A DNA stretch of 64,000 nt from the NCBI GenBank assembly GCA_963707985.1, contig CAVPRW010000010.1, positions 64,001-128,000 of the forward strand, read 5' to 3'. Position 1 is the first letter of the stretch. Every line of letters begins with the position of its first letter. Below, one piece after another: positions 35,557-45,634 of the stretch. Below the pieces are notes generated by a model. The model ran no database searches and had not been told where the DNA came from. It was given only the letters and a program-made list of their open reading frames with translations. This DNA is from an uncultured Nitrospinota bacterium (lineage in GTDB: Bacteria; Tectomicrobia; Entotheonellia; J063; CAVPRW01). The translations under genes and the position numbers were made by a program.

Positions 35557-35739
35557 ATGTTAGGCAAAGAGGAAGTTGAATCCATCCTGAATCAGCTGAA
35601 GCAGCAATGGGGGAATGACCCGAATTGGGAGCAGCTCCTCAGAGATGTGTATGTTGGCATCGCCCGTGCCGATGGAGGGGTGGCCATGGGTAGCCTCGAT
35701 GCTCGGGTCATCAGTCTTATCCAGCAACACCAAAAGTAG
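35557..35739 (+). CDS. Small hypothetical protein
   Basis: 60 aa helical ORF between the regulator and the rdhA-like gene. Confidence 0.5.
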   Translation: MLGKEEVESILNQLKQQWGNDPNWEQLLRDVYVGIARADGGVAMGSLDARVISLIQQHQK

Positions 35740-35890
35740 TCAGTGTGAGGTTTGGCTCTGGTGGGTCGACGCAAAGACCCGCTGGAGCCTGCCGAGCGAG
35801 TGGCCCTGAGTGTGTATGGGCTGTTCGAAGTCCCTTTGATTCTTTCGCCAGCGACGAGCCAGCGAGATGTGCACAAAAGGAGAGCAGATC

Positions 35891-37180
35891 ATGGCAGAGA
35901 AGAAAGTCGGCCAAGTAATTACGCGCCCAGGGCGCACAGTCAATCATCCCGACGTCACGATTCGCATCCCTGAGGATCTGATGACCGTCCCGGGAGCTCC
36001 CATCCGCCAAAACGAGGTGGATTTTTATAGTCGAGAGTATCCGATCGAAAGCCAGAATATCGACTATAGCGCCGACCGACAATGGGCCACAACCGTGTTA
36101 ACTCCGGAAGCGTACGCCCATCGTAAGGAACATGAACAGCTGAACGCACCCCTGGTGGAGGCTGCACGCCACACGGGCGATATCGAACCCACGGTGGGAC
36201 CGAATCTCGACGTCGAGCCGTCGGCGGTGACTGAGGCCATCCGCCAAAAAGCCCGCGAGATGGGCTTCGCGGAAGTAGGTTTTACCTACCTGAATCGCGA
36301 TTATATCTATAAGAGCAAGAAGCGCTGGGTTCGTTTCGATCACGTGATTTGTTTGGCCATGGAGCAGGATTACGAACCGACCCAAACGATCCCCAGCATG
36401 GATGCCGAGCACACCCATTTCGGCACGTATCGCACCGAAGGGGCGGTGGGATTGGAATTGGCCGATTGGATTCGCTCGCTCGGGTACCATGCGCAGATTC
36501 ATAGCCCCAATGACAACAGCGGTGCCTACATCCCGATGTTCGTGGAGGCAGGCCTGGGCCAGTTGGGGGCCAATGGACAATTGTTGTCACCACACTTTGG
36601 CTCGCGCGCCCGTTTGATGATGATCAGCACCGATGCCCCGGTGGTGTATGATGCACCCATCGATTATGGCATCCATAAGTTCTGCCAAGAGTGCCAGGTC
36701 TGCGTGCAGCGTTGCCCGGCGCGTGCCCTGATGAAAGAGAAGATCTGGTATCGTGGCGTTGAAAAGAACAAACTGATCTACAAACGCTGTCGGCCGGTCA
36801 TGGCTCGTTATTTGGGCTGCGGTATCTGCATGAAGGTCTGCCCGATCCAGAAATTCGGCCTGCAGGCGGTGATGGAGCATTATATCGAGACTGGTGGCGA
36901 GATCTTGGGCAAGGGCACACACCAGCTCGAAGGCTATACGATTGAAGATAAAGGTTATTTTGGTCCTGGCGAGCTGCCAACCTTCGACCCAGAGATCTTC
37001 GACATGCCGCACGGGAAAGTCGAAGACGTCCTGTTCGAAGACCTGAAGCTGAAGCTCTTAACGAATCAGGTGGCGGAAGGAACCGAGGGCGACTCAGTCC
37101 TACGCGATTTTGCGCACAAGGTGAAAGACTATGTGAAGTCCCATGATATGAATTGGGAAAAATATGGTGAGGAGGCCTAA
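35891..37180 (+). CDS. Reductive dehalogenase-like cobalamin/2x[4Fe-4S] protein (cytoplasmic type)
   Basis: AGLGQLG..LLSPHFGSRARL; CQECQVCVQRCP; C-x9-CGICMKVCP. No Tat signal. Confidence 0.8.
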   Translation: MAEKKVGQVITRPGRTVNHPDVTIRIPEDLMTVPGAPIRQNEVDFYSREYPIESQNIDYSADRQWATTVLTPEAYAHRKEHEQLNAPLVEAARHTGDIEPTVGPNLDVEPSAVTEAIRQKAREMGFAEVGFTYLNRDYIYKSKKRWVRFDHVICLAMEQDYEPTQTIPSMDAEHTHFGTYRTEGAVGLELADWIRSLGYHAQIHSPNDNSGAYIPMFVEAGLGQLGANGQLLSPHFGSRARLMMISTDAPVVYDAPIDYGIHKFCQECQVCVQRCPARALMKEKIWYRGVEKNKLIYKRCRPVMARYLGCGICMKVCPIQKFGLQAVMEHYIETGGEILGKGTHQLEGYTIEDKGYFGPGELPTFDPEIFDMPHGKVEDVLFEDLKLKLLTNQVAEGTEGDSVLRDFAHKVKDYVKSHDMNWEKYGEEA

Positions 37181-37231
37181 CCTCTCGCGCTTATAGCTGT
37201 CCTAACCCAGGCATTGGTTGCTGCCTGGCTC

Positions 37232-37262
37232 AAAGGGGGGGTACTCTGGTATCCCCCTTTTT
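37232..37262 (+). terminator. Rho-independent terminator
   Basis: AAAGGGGGGGTAC-TCTG-GTATCCCCC-TTTTT downstream of the rdhA-like gene. Confidence 0.7.
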
Positions 37263-37457
37263 GTGCTTACGCCTCCTCTAGGCCTGTTGACTCGCTGCAG
37301 GGCGCCTCTCGCCGCGGTCCTCCGAGAAATTCCAAAGGTTGCCTGGCAAGGATGTCCCGCCGGTTGGCAAGCATGGTCGTGCATGCTATACTGCGCCTGT
37401 CCAATCGTTGCTCGCCTTCGAGCGTAGTATACTAGGACTGGGGGATGCTTCCCGACC

Positions 37458-38384
37458 ATGGGCAATGAATGCATTGTCGATATTTTCGCCCAGGTGTACA
37501 GGACGGTAGAAATCGGACGTCAAGCGATGCAGAGCCGGGCGCGCCCGCAGCCTTGGGACGGGGTTATCGACGAACTTCGGGCGACCATGCGTGACGCTGG
37601 CATCTGGCGGTCGGTCATCACCACGATCACCCCGACACAGACGATGCGCGAGCAAGCGCTAGCTCTGTTACCTCCTGATTTATCCCGCGAATCACGTCAG
37701 AAAGCCGAAGCCGAAATCCGCGAGCGTATGCTGCAGCGCATGGATCATAATAATTTGTGGGGATGTGAGGTCGGCCGCACCTGTTCCGAGTTCCTGCCGT
37801 TTATCAACCTCGACCCCCTGTTGATGGATGCGGTGATGATCCGGCAAAAGGTCCGCGAGGCTGTGAGCAAGGGTGCTCGTGGCATCGTGCTGCACCCCGC
37901 GCTACACGGGTTTTACGGCAACGACCGTCGTGTCTGGCCGGTCTACGAGATGGCACAATCGTTCCAGCTACCGATCCTCTCCCAGGCAGGCGATGCGGGT
38001 CCTCTCCCTCCAGGTGGACGCGGCCACTGGGGGCGACCACGCTACTTCGGTGATGTGGCGGCGGCGTTTCCCAAGCTGAGACTCATTTTGGGGCATCTGG
38101 GGAAAGGGTATGAATCGGAGATCGCCGTCCTGACCCGGCGCTATCCCAATGTCTACACCGAAACATCGATGCGTCTCAGTGGTCTTGACGAGGTGGGTAG
38201 GTGGACGCCTGCTGAGGCGGTTACCTGGTTCCGCCTCATCGGCATCGATCGCATCCTCTTTGGCACCAAATGGCCGCTGTTCGACACTCAACAAGGCATA
38301 GACACCCTCCGCAAGCTACCCCTGGCCCCGGAAGAAAAGCGCAAAATCCTCGGGGAAAATGCCAAACGAGCCCTGCAATTATAA
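37458..38384 (+). CDS. Amidohydrolase family protein (Amidohydro_2)
   Basis: GIVLHP..YEMAQ..LPI, LILGHLG, RILFGTKWP. Several metal ligands degenerate. Confidence 0.75.
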   Translation: MGNECIVDIFAQVYRTVEIGRQAMQSRARPQPWDGVIDELRATMRDAGIWRSVITTITPTQTMREQALALLPPDLSRESRQKAEAEIRERMLQRMDHNNLWGCEVGRTCSEFLPFINLDPLLMDAVMIRQKVREAVSKGARGIVLHPALHGFYGNDRRVWPVYEMAQSFQLPILSQAGDAGPLPPGGRGHWGRPRYFGDVAAAFPKLRLILGHLGKGYESEIAVLTRRYPNVYTETSMRLSGLDEVGRWTPAEAVTWFRLIGIDRILFGTKWPLFDTQQGIDTLRKLPLAPEEKRKILGENAKRALQL

Positions 38385-38625
38385 AATTTGATGCACATCA
38401 AACTCAAGGTTGAAGACTCTCTTGCTGCGTTGACTCCTTTGGCTGAGTGTTGTGTATGGTGACGTGGGGATGACCAACTGAGAGATGGTGGTAGGCATCT
38501 TTATCGGCCCACACATGATTGGGACCCGCCGGGCCAACCTCAGGCGTCAACTGAATCTGTGCCAGACAGACCTTATTCACCATACGTTATGGCATCATGT
38601 CGTAGCGCTGGAGTCATATGTGTGT

Positions 38626-39528
38626 TTAGCGACTGGTGATGATCCGACTCATCACCAGTCCGAGTGCTAGGAGGACACCGAATTGCAAATGCAGTTGGGA
38701 CGAGCCGCGCAACGCCTGATTGAGGGTGGAACGGGTCTTGGCGGACGTGATCAGGCGCGTTGTCGCAGAGGCTTGCGGGAGCGCTAGCAGCACCAGCAAT
38801 ACGGGAAAAACCACCGGCCTGGCCACGGCCCACAGCAGGACACTGACATATGCCCCAGCCACGAGTAGCACAAATGTCCACAGCCCAAACTTGTCACCAA
38901 ATCGGCTAACTGGGGTGATCTTCCCCGTCTGACGATCCTCCTCGATATCCCGCAGGTCATTGACCACCAGAATGGCCGTAACCAGACATGCAACCGGCAC
39001 CCCCGCGAGGAAGGCTTGAGCGGTGAGCGCCGCCGTCTGCACGTAGTAGGTCGCCGCGACCATCAGCAGGCCCATAAAGACAAACACTAACGGCTGCCCG
39101 AGACCAAGATTGCCCAAAGGCATCGGACCTGCGCTGTAGCTATAGGCGACTAGCAAACTGGCAACACAGCATAGCAGCAGCGCCCAACTGCTGACCAGCA
39201 CCAGATAGAAGCCGATGCCCGTCGCCACTCCAAAGCTCAGGACAGCTCCGGCACGCACGGCCTGGGGGGACAGCAGCCCCAAGGCAATGACTTTGTAGGG
39301 GGCCAACAGCTTGCCCTGACTTCCGGCCTTCTCGTGATCGGTATACTCGTCCACCAAGTTGGTGCCGATCTGCACAAGCACTGATCCCAAGAGGGTCAGG
39401 ACAAAGCGCAGGCCGACAAAGTAGCCATCGTGGAAGGCCAGCGCCGTCCCCACCAGCACGGGCACGACTGAGGCCGGTAGCGTAAACGGGCGGATAGCCC
39501 ACAACCATGACCTCAGCGACTGTGCCAT
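38626..39528 (-). CDS. menA: 1,4-dihydroxy-2-naphthoate prenyltransferase
   Basis: RPFTLPAS, NLVDEYTD, NDLRDIEED..GKIT. Confidence 0.9.
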   Translation of the reverse strand: MAQSLRSWLWAIRPFTLPASVVPVLVGTALAFHDGYFVGLRFVLTLLGSVLVQIGTNLVDEYTDHEKAGSQGKLLAPYKVIALGLLSPQAVRAGAVLSFGVATGIGFYLVLVSSWALLLCCVASLLVAYSYSAGPMPLGNLGLGQPLVFVFMGLLMVAATYYVQTAALTAQAFLAGVPVACLVTAILVVNDLRDIEEDRQTGKITPVSRFGDKFGLWTFVLLVAGAYVSVLLWAVARPVVFPVLLVLLALPQASATTRLITSAKTRSTLNQALRGSSQLHLQFGVLLALGLVMSRIITSR

Positions 39529-39536
39529 GACCTGTC

Positions 39537-40338
39537 CTACCAGGGATGATGGCGATACTTGGAAAAATCCGGCTGGCGTTTCTCGGTGAAGGCGCGGCGG
39601 CCTTCCTTCGATTCTTCCGTGGTGTAGAAGAGCGACGTGGCGCCGTGTGCGATGGCTTGCAAACCGTAGACATAGTCTGTATCCGCGTTGAAAGAGTACT
39701 TCAAGAATCGCAGCGCCGATGGACTTTTCGACAACATCTCACGACACCAGGCCTTGGTCTCTTCCATGAGTTGTTCGACGGGCACAACTGTGTTCACTAG
39801 CCCCATGTGGTAGGCTTCCTCGGCTGTATACTGTCGACAGAGGTACCAGAATCTCGCGAGCTCGTTTCTGGCCGACCATACGGGCGAGCTGGATCGAGCC
39901 AAAGCCGGCGTCGAAGCTCCCTACCTTTGGGCCGGTCTGACCGAATTTGGCGCGGCTCGAGGCGATCGTCAAATCACACAGCACGTGCAGGACGTGTCCC
40001 CCGCCAATGCAATAACCATCCACCATGGCCACCACGGGCTTGGGGATCTCCCGGATCAAGCGGTGGAGCTCGCGCACGTGCAGCCGTGGCATACCGCTCG
40101 TGTCGTTGTACCCTCCTTCACCGCGGATTTTCTGATCCCCACCCGTGCAAAAATGCCCTTGGGCCCCGCTCAACACCACGACACCAATCGTGTCATCGTG
40201 CCAGGCGTCTTCGAAGGCCGCCAGCATCTCGTCGATCGTGAGGGGTCGAAAGGCATTGAGCACCTGAGGACGATTGATGGTCACCCATGCGACGCCGTCA
40301 GCTTTGGTATAGAGAATATCCTGAAAATCTTGCGTCAT
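39537..40338 (-). CDS. menB: 1,4-dihydroxy-2-naphthoyl-CoA synthase (one +1 frameshift at ~39850)
   Basis: [31 protein letters not shown], then [17 protein letters not shown] in the next frame. Confidence 0.93.
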
Positions 40339-40904
40339 GATCGCTCTCCGTCATCAGCTCCGCTCTGCTGTGACACGCATGCCCAGAAGCGCTCTGGTCC
40401 CACGCTACAGGCAAACAAGCCGCTCCGCTTGGGGGAAGTCATACACGTTACTTGATCATCCAGGCAGCCTGGGCAACGTAGCAAGGCCTTGAGTGGCGGG
40501 AACCAGCGGGAGCACCCTAACATAGTCAGGGATGAAAAGCAAGGCAATCGCCCCGGCGCAGGCGCGTCCACGGACGTCGACCTGGGTGGCTTGGTTGATT
40601 TTACCACGCGGTCAAGCTAATATGGCTGCGATAGCCGAGCGTACCCTCGTCTCGAGCGTCGAGTCAGGGCACAGCAGCTTTCCGTCGCCATCGCGCAGTA
40701 CCATGCGGCGCGATCTCACCCTTTCCCGAACACTCCGCCATTAGGGAAAAGGGCAGGGTGGGGAGGGCTAAAACCTGAGACGGATATATGGCGCGTATCA
40801 CGAAGCGTCCATGATGGCGCTTGCCCACCCCCTGTGTACCGGGGGTTCATAGGCATTCGTGGAGGAGAGAGGGTTCCTGGGTCCCCCTATGTGGAGGTTG
40901 TACG

Positions 40905-41207
40905 ATGGATACACCCCCGATGATTGAGGTGATTTGTCCCTGTTGCCAGGCGCGCCTGAGCATCGACCTCGGTCTCAAAGTGGTCATACATCACGAAGCT
41001 GCAGCGAAAGCGACACCGACGATGGACCTCAAGGAAGCACTCGGTGCCTTGAAATCCCAGGCCACTCGGCGCGAGGCCCAATTTCAACAGGCGCTTGCCG
41101 CCGAGCGCGGCAAAGGCAAGGTGTTAGCGCGTAAGTTTGAAGAATCTCTGAAGAAAGCCAAAGAAGACCCCTCGGCACCGCCACTTCGCCCTATCGACTT
41201 CGAATAA
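40905..41207 (+). CDS. Hypothetical protein with CPCC zinc-ribbon-like motif and coiled-coil tail
   Basis: EVICPCCQARLSID; GGAGG RBS. Confidence 0.7.
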   Translation: MDTPPMIEVICPCCQARLSIDLGLKVVIHHEAAAKATPTMDLKEALGALKSQATRREAQFQQALAAERGKGKVLARKFEESLKKAKEDPSAPPLRPIDFE

Positions 41208-41221
41208 GGAGCTGCTGTCCT

Positions 41222-42253
41222 GTGCAGCATCCTGCCCTTGACCGGCTCAACACCTTGCTCAAACGTGTGAGCCGGTCGTTCTATCTCTCCCTCAGAATAC
41301 TGCCCCGGTCGTTGCGCACCCCCATCGGGCTCGCCTATCTGTTCGCGCGGGCTGCGGACACGATCGCCGACACGGCCTTGATGAGCTCAGCCGAGCGTCT
41401 AACCCTCCTGCGGCAGTTCCGCAGCCTCTTTCAGCGCTACGATGAGACGGCTCTGGCGGTGCTTCGTGGCGCACTTGTCGGGCCGCAACGTATCCCCGCT
41501 GAGCGTGAATTACTCTCCTGCCTCGATGAGTGCTTCGTCGTCTTGCAGGCCTGTGCGCCAGATGATCAAGCTCGTATTAATAGGCTCCTCCTGACGCTGA
41601 CGCAGGGCATGGTGCTGGACCTGACGACGTTTCCAGCTGAGCATGACGGACTAGTGGTTGCCCTCAAGACCCGTCAAGAGCTGGACCAGTACACCTATTA
41701 TGTCGCCGGTTGTGTGGGGGAGTTTTGGACCGATATGCACATGGCGCATCGGCCGGCGCTGCAAGGATGGCATGTCGACATCATGAAGTCGTGGGGGATG
41801 CGCTTTGGTAAAGGGCTGCAGATGACCAATATTTTGCGGGATCTGGCCCATGATCTGCGCATCGGACGCTGCTACCTGCCTCTTGAAGAGCTTGTTGCAC
41901 ATGGCCTATCGCCCGACCACCTCCTCGAACCCACCGCTATCACTCGCGTGCGTCCCCTCCTGCATGAGCTGCTGGCGCTGACGCGAGACCATTATCGTTG
42001 GGGTTGGGCCTATACCTTGGCGATTCCACGACGTGAGGTGCAGATGCGCTTGGCCTGCGCCTGGCCACTTCTGATCGGGTGCAGGACCCTCGCCCTGATC
42101 GCCAGATCCGACAATCTCCTCGATCCCAACCTCAGCCTGAAGATTTCACGCCCTGCTGTATACCGTATTCTCCTGTCTTCGGGTGTCCTGGCCTTCTCCA
42201 ATGGAGGGCTCAGGTTATACGCCTCGCATCTTGAACGCCAATTGAGCTTCTAG
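41222..42253 (+). CDS. Squalene/phytoene synthase family protein
   Basis: VSRSF, RAADTIAD, YTYYVAGCVG, GLQMTNILRD..D..GRCYLP. Confidence 0.9.
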   Translation: MQHPALDRLNTLLKRVSRSFYLSLRILPRSLRTPIGLAYLFARAADTIADTALMSSAERLTLLRQFRSLFQRYDETALAVLRGALVGPQRIPAERELLSCLDECFVVLQACAPDDQARINRLLLTLTQGMVLDLTTFPAEHDGLVVALKTRQELDQYTYYVAGCVGEFWTDMHMAHRPALQGWHVDIMKSWGMRFGKGLQMTNILRDLAHDLRIGRCYLPLEELVAHGLSPDHLLEPTAITRVRPLLHELLALTRDHYRWGWAYTLAIPRREVQMRLACAWPLLIGCRTLALIARSDNLLDPNLSLKISRPAVYRILLSSGVLAFSNGGLRLYASHLERQLSF

Positions 42254-42341
42254 AAGAAGGGGCCATCCTCAGTCCGCTTCCTCCGCCCCAACGGTCTACT
42301 GGTGTGACCGGATCATCGAGGTAGGCCTATAGGCGGTGCCA

Positions 42342-42698
42342 TCAGCTCCCCGAGCCCTTGGAAACATCCCGCAGGAGATTCTTCTCCCGCAAGATGTGTT
42401 CGACCGCGGCGTCGTCCTCCACCGTAAAGCTGATGCATAGTTTTTGGTTCTGCAAATGCATGAAAAAGATCTGCCTGCGTCTCGGTCGTTGGAGATCCAT
42501 CGGAGACCAGGTATGCAACCCTGCGCTCCCCTGCAGTCGATACTTGCCTGTGGAGAAGCTGGGTTTTTGCACGACGACGCGTTGGATGTCAGAGAGTTTC
42601 AGTCGTTTTGCCCCGAACGGGAAATAGTATCGTCTGAAGAGCATGGTCTCGGAAGAGATCTCGACAAGGCTGTCAGAATAGAGGACGTCTGCCTTCAT
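42342..42698 (-). CDS. Hypothetical protein (PH-like beta fold suspected)
   Basis: MKADVLYSDSLVEIS..YYFPFG..; 118 aa. Confidence 0.55.
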   Translation of the reverse strand: MKADVLYSDSLVEISSETMLFRRYYFPFGAKRLKLSDIQRVVVQKPSFSTGKYRLQGSAGLHTWSPMDLQRPRRRQIFFMHLQNQKLCISFTVEDDAAVEHILREKNLLRDVSKGSGS

Positions 42699-43290
42699 AG
42701 ATGTTAAGGCCCCTATGCTGTGGTATGAGCCTATCTGACCGCATCTTACCGACACGGTCCAGAGCGTGAGAAACGTCGTCCCACTGGGTGGGAAAGATGC
42801 CCATAGCCTGCCTGTACAATGGTGGAACACAGCCTCACTTCGGAAGAACAAACTACAGCGCTACGCTGCTGTCAAGTTAAAACTGCTCGTCGTCACGTCG
42901 GAGATCCCGAGGGTGAAGCGCTAATGTGGGCGCTCTTGCGCGCTTGACACACCCTTGTAGATAGCCTATTGTCGACTTCGTCTTCCTATTGACGAAGAAA
43001 ATTCGCCGGATAAGATGGAGACATGAGTGGTCAATCCATCAGCGAGGAGGGCTGTCAGCCGGCGTCGAACAGCTATCCTAAGCATGGACGACAAGGCTGA
43101 GGGCCGGATGCCGACGAAGAAACCTAAGGCCTGAGCTCACCCGGAGGTCAAGCCTATTTTCACCTCTGAATCAAGCCAGTCCGGAGACATCGACGATGTT
43201 CGACGGGGGCAACGGATGCCTCCCACACCCGTTGAACGATGGCAGAGACGGAGATGGCGTATGCATGCTGATCTCAACACACACCTCCCA

Positions 43291-44583
43291 ATGAGCAGCG
43301 CGCGCACCACCACCCGACGACAGTTTTTGCACATCTCCCTTGGAGCTACAGCTGGACTAGCGGCTATTCTCAGCGCAGGGACCGCGCCGGCGATTCATGA
43401 GCCACTGCACGAGATCACGCTCCTGTCTACGACTCATTTCGTGCCAGCCTCGGATAGAAAGCTGCATGAGCTGGCACAGCGCTTCACAAAGAACACAGGG
43501 ATCAGCGTCAAGATCAACCGTATCGCCAGTCCGCAGTTGCCGGCGAAGCTTGCTGCTGAAGTACAGATGCAGTCCGGACACGACTTAGTCGATCTGCGCA
43601 TGCACTTGCCCATCTACCACGAAGCTCAGCTGGTGGACCTCACCGATATTGTCGTGCCGTTGGCTGAGAAAAACGGCGGCATGTATGGCTTCTGTGCAGA
43701 AGCGGCCCTAGTGCACGGGCGCTGGCGAGCAATGCCTTGGCATCATAGGTCATTTCCGGGGTCATATAACAAGACATATTTTGATCAGGTGGGCGAGGAA
43801 GCCCCAGCCACCTGGGACGACCTCCTCCGCGCCGGCAGAAAATTGAAGGCAAATAGCTACCCTGTTGGTATCGCAATCGGCCAGACATATGACGCAATAT
43901 CCACTCTGTCGGCCATTATGTGGTGCTATGGCTCCAAGATCGTTGAGGAGGACGGTAAGACCGTCGCCATCAATTCAAAGGCTACTGAGGCGGCCATCGA
44001 ATACACCAAACAATTATATGCCGACGCTATGGAACCGGAGGTGCTCTTGTGGGATGACAATAGTAACAATCGCATGCTGCTGTCTGGCAAGGGCTCATGG
44101 ATTCATAACGCACACAGTCATTATCTCATGGCCAAAGAGAAGAAGATGCCCATCGCCGAGCAGATTTATTTCCATCTTTCCCCGCGCGGCCCCGCCGGTC
44201 GACATACGCCGACGGTGGTGCGGAGCTTGGGCATCTGGAAATTCTCGAAGCACATCGAACCAGCCAAGGAGTTCATCAAATTCCATTTTAGCCGAGACAA
44301 TTACTTGGAGTTCATCATCGCAAGCGAGTGCTTCAATGCCCCGGTGTATAAGAGTATGGAGGCCCATTCCGCCTGGAAGACAGACCCCAAATACGAACCG
44401 ATCAAGGAAAGCGGGAAATACGGCCATCTATATGGCTGGCCGGCACCGGGAGATGAAAAGAGCCAACAGGTCACCTACGCCTTTGTCATTCCCAACATGT
44501 TCGCCAAGGCGGTGACTGGTGTGCCCACGAAAGAGGCGATCCTCTGGGCTGAAGGGGAGATCAGACGCATTTACGGAAGCTAG
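43291..44583 (+). CDS. Tat-exported ABC-type extracellular solute-binding protein (family 1)
   Basis: TTRRQFL Tat motif; PATWDDLL; WDDNSNN. Confidence 0.88.
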   Translation: MSSARTTTRRQFLHISLGATAGLAAILSAGTAPAIHEPLHEITLLSTTHFVPASDRKLHELAQRFTKNTGISVKINRIASPQLPAKLAAEVQMQSGHDLVDLRMHLPIYHEAQLVDLTDIVVPLAEKNGGMYGFCAEAALVHGRWRAMPWHHRSFPGSYNKTYFDQVGEEAPATWDDLLRAGRKLKANSYPVGIAIGQTYDAISTLSAIMWCYGSKIVEEDGKTVAINSKATEAAIEYTKQLYADAMEPEVLLWDDNSNNRMLLSGKGSWIHNAHSHYLMAKEKKMPIAEQIYFHLSPRGPAGRHTPTVVRSLGIWKFSKHIEPAKEFIKFHFSRDNYLEFIIASECFNAPVYKSMEAHSAWKTDPKYEPIKESGKYGHLYGWPAPGDEKSQQVTYAFVIPNMFAKAVTGVPTKEAILWAEGEIRRIYGS

Positions 44584-44688
44584 ACACAAACCGAATGCCG
44601 CAGCACACGTAGTGGTGATCGGATGTCGGACCTGCACCACCAGGATGTGTCTCTATCTAGCAGCCAAAATGCAGGAGAGATCGTCACC

Positions 44689-45603
44689 ATGGGTTTGATG
44701 GTCACAATGGACGTCGTCGCAGCGAGCGCAGCTTTAGAGCCACTGCTGCAGACCGCCTCCTGGGAAGGGGAAATCGCTGCAGTTTTTCGTCACAGCCTCC
44801 TCTGCACGGCTCCAGATAAACACCTCCTGCATCTACACACGGGACCGCGTCTTGCCTCTCCGTTCAGCTTGCGCATTGCAATTGAAGAGGCGTTCGCGAA
44901 GGTGCTCCAAGCCACCCCTTTGGTGCAGGGGATGCCGGTGTTGAAAAGGGACCGAACGATCGTCATCACCGAAGGTGTTCACCTTAGGCTCGCTCGGACC
45001 ACCTATTACGAATCGCCAAGGCACCCCCCAGGAGCTATAGATCCCGAAGCCATCGGACACGCCCGCCAGACACTCAGGCTTTACGGGCATATCGGCGGTT
45101 TCGACCGGTTGCCAGATGCTCACGCGGTCGCTCGCACTATGCACTGGGCGCTTGCTAGGAGGGATGCAGCCCGGATTCTTGAAGCCACTAGCCATCTCAT
45201 CGGCCTCGGTCCGGGGCTCACCCCGTCTGGAGATGACTTCCTGGTCGGCTGCCTCAGGGGGCTGTGGCTGATGCGCCGCAATGCTCCGAGGGTGGGTGAG
45301 ATGCTCGACTGCTTGCGGGAGGAGCTGCGGCCGACCCTGGATGCGCGTACCACCCGTGTCAGCGCCGAGTTCATCCGCTACGCTTTGGACGGAGCCTTTG
45401 CAGAGGTTCTCGATCAGGCAGCGCTAACGTTTTTGGCTCCCTTCGACCCACAAGGGGTGCAGTCTGCCATCACCGGCCTACTGGCCCAGGGTGACACATC
45501 AGGAACCGATACGATAGTTGGTCTCCTCACGTGCCTCGAAGCACTGGTATCTCTCCCCAAGAGTGAACCGTTCCAAGAGCTGCAGGACGAAGTTAACACC
45601 TGA
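44689..45603 (+). CDS. DUF2877 protein (YlbF/YahE, AllH-like)
   Basis: LIGLGPGLTPSGDDFLVG, TTRVS, GDTSGTD. Confidence 0.88.
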   Translation: MGLMVTMDVVAASAALEPLLQTASWEGEIAAVFRHSLLCTAPDKHLLHLHTGPRLASPFSLRIAIEEAFAKVLQATPLVQGMPVLKRDRTIVITEGVHLRLARTTYYESPRHPPGAIDPEAIGHARQTLRLYGHIGGFDRLPDAHAVARTMHWALARRDAARILEATSHLIGLGPGLTPSGDDFLVGCLRGLWLMRRNAPRVGEMLDCLREELRPTLDARTTRVSAEFIRYALDGAFAEVLDQAALTFLAPFDPQGVQSAITGLLAQGDTSGTDTIVGLLTCLEALVSLPKSEPFQELQDEVNT

Positions 45604-45634
45604 GCAGTATCTGCTGCCATACGAGGGGAGGGGC

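Noticed and set aside
35891..37180. Epoxyqueuosine reductase QueG
   Set aside because: It lacks the QueG DYH motif and the GCDxCQ..CPWN form of the second cluster; it fits RdhA-like better.
40340..40900. Long intergenic regions (also 28514-28995, 32615-32950, 42700-43290) as ncRNA or riboswitch loci
   Set aside because: Only isolated hairpins were seen and no recognisable family consensus; an Rfam/Infernal scan would be needed.
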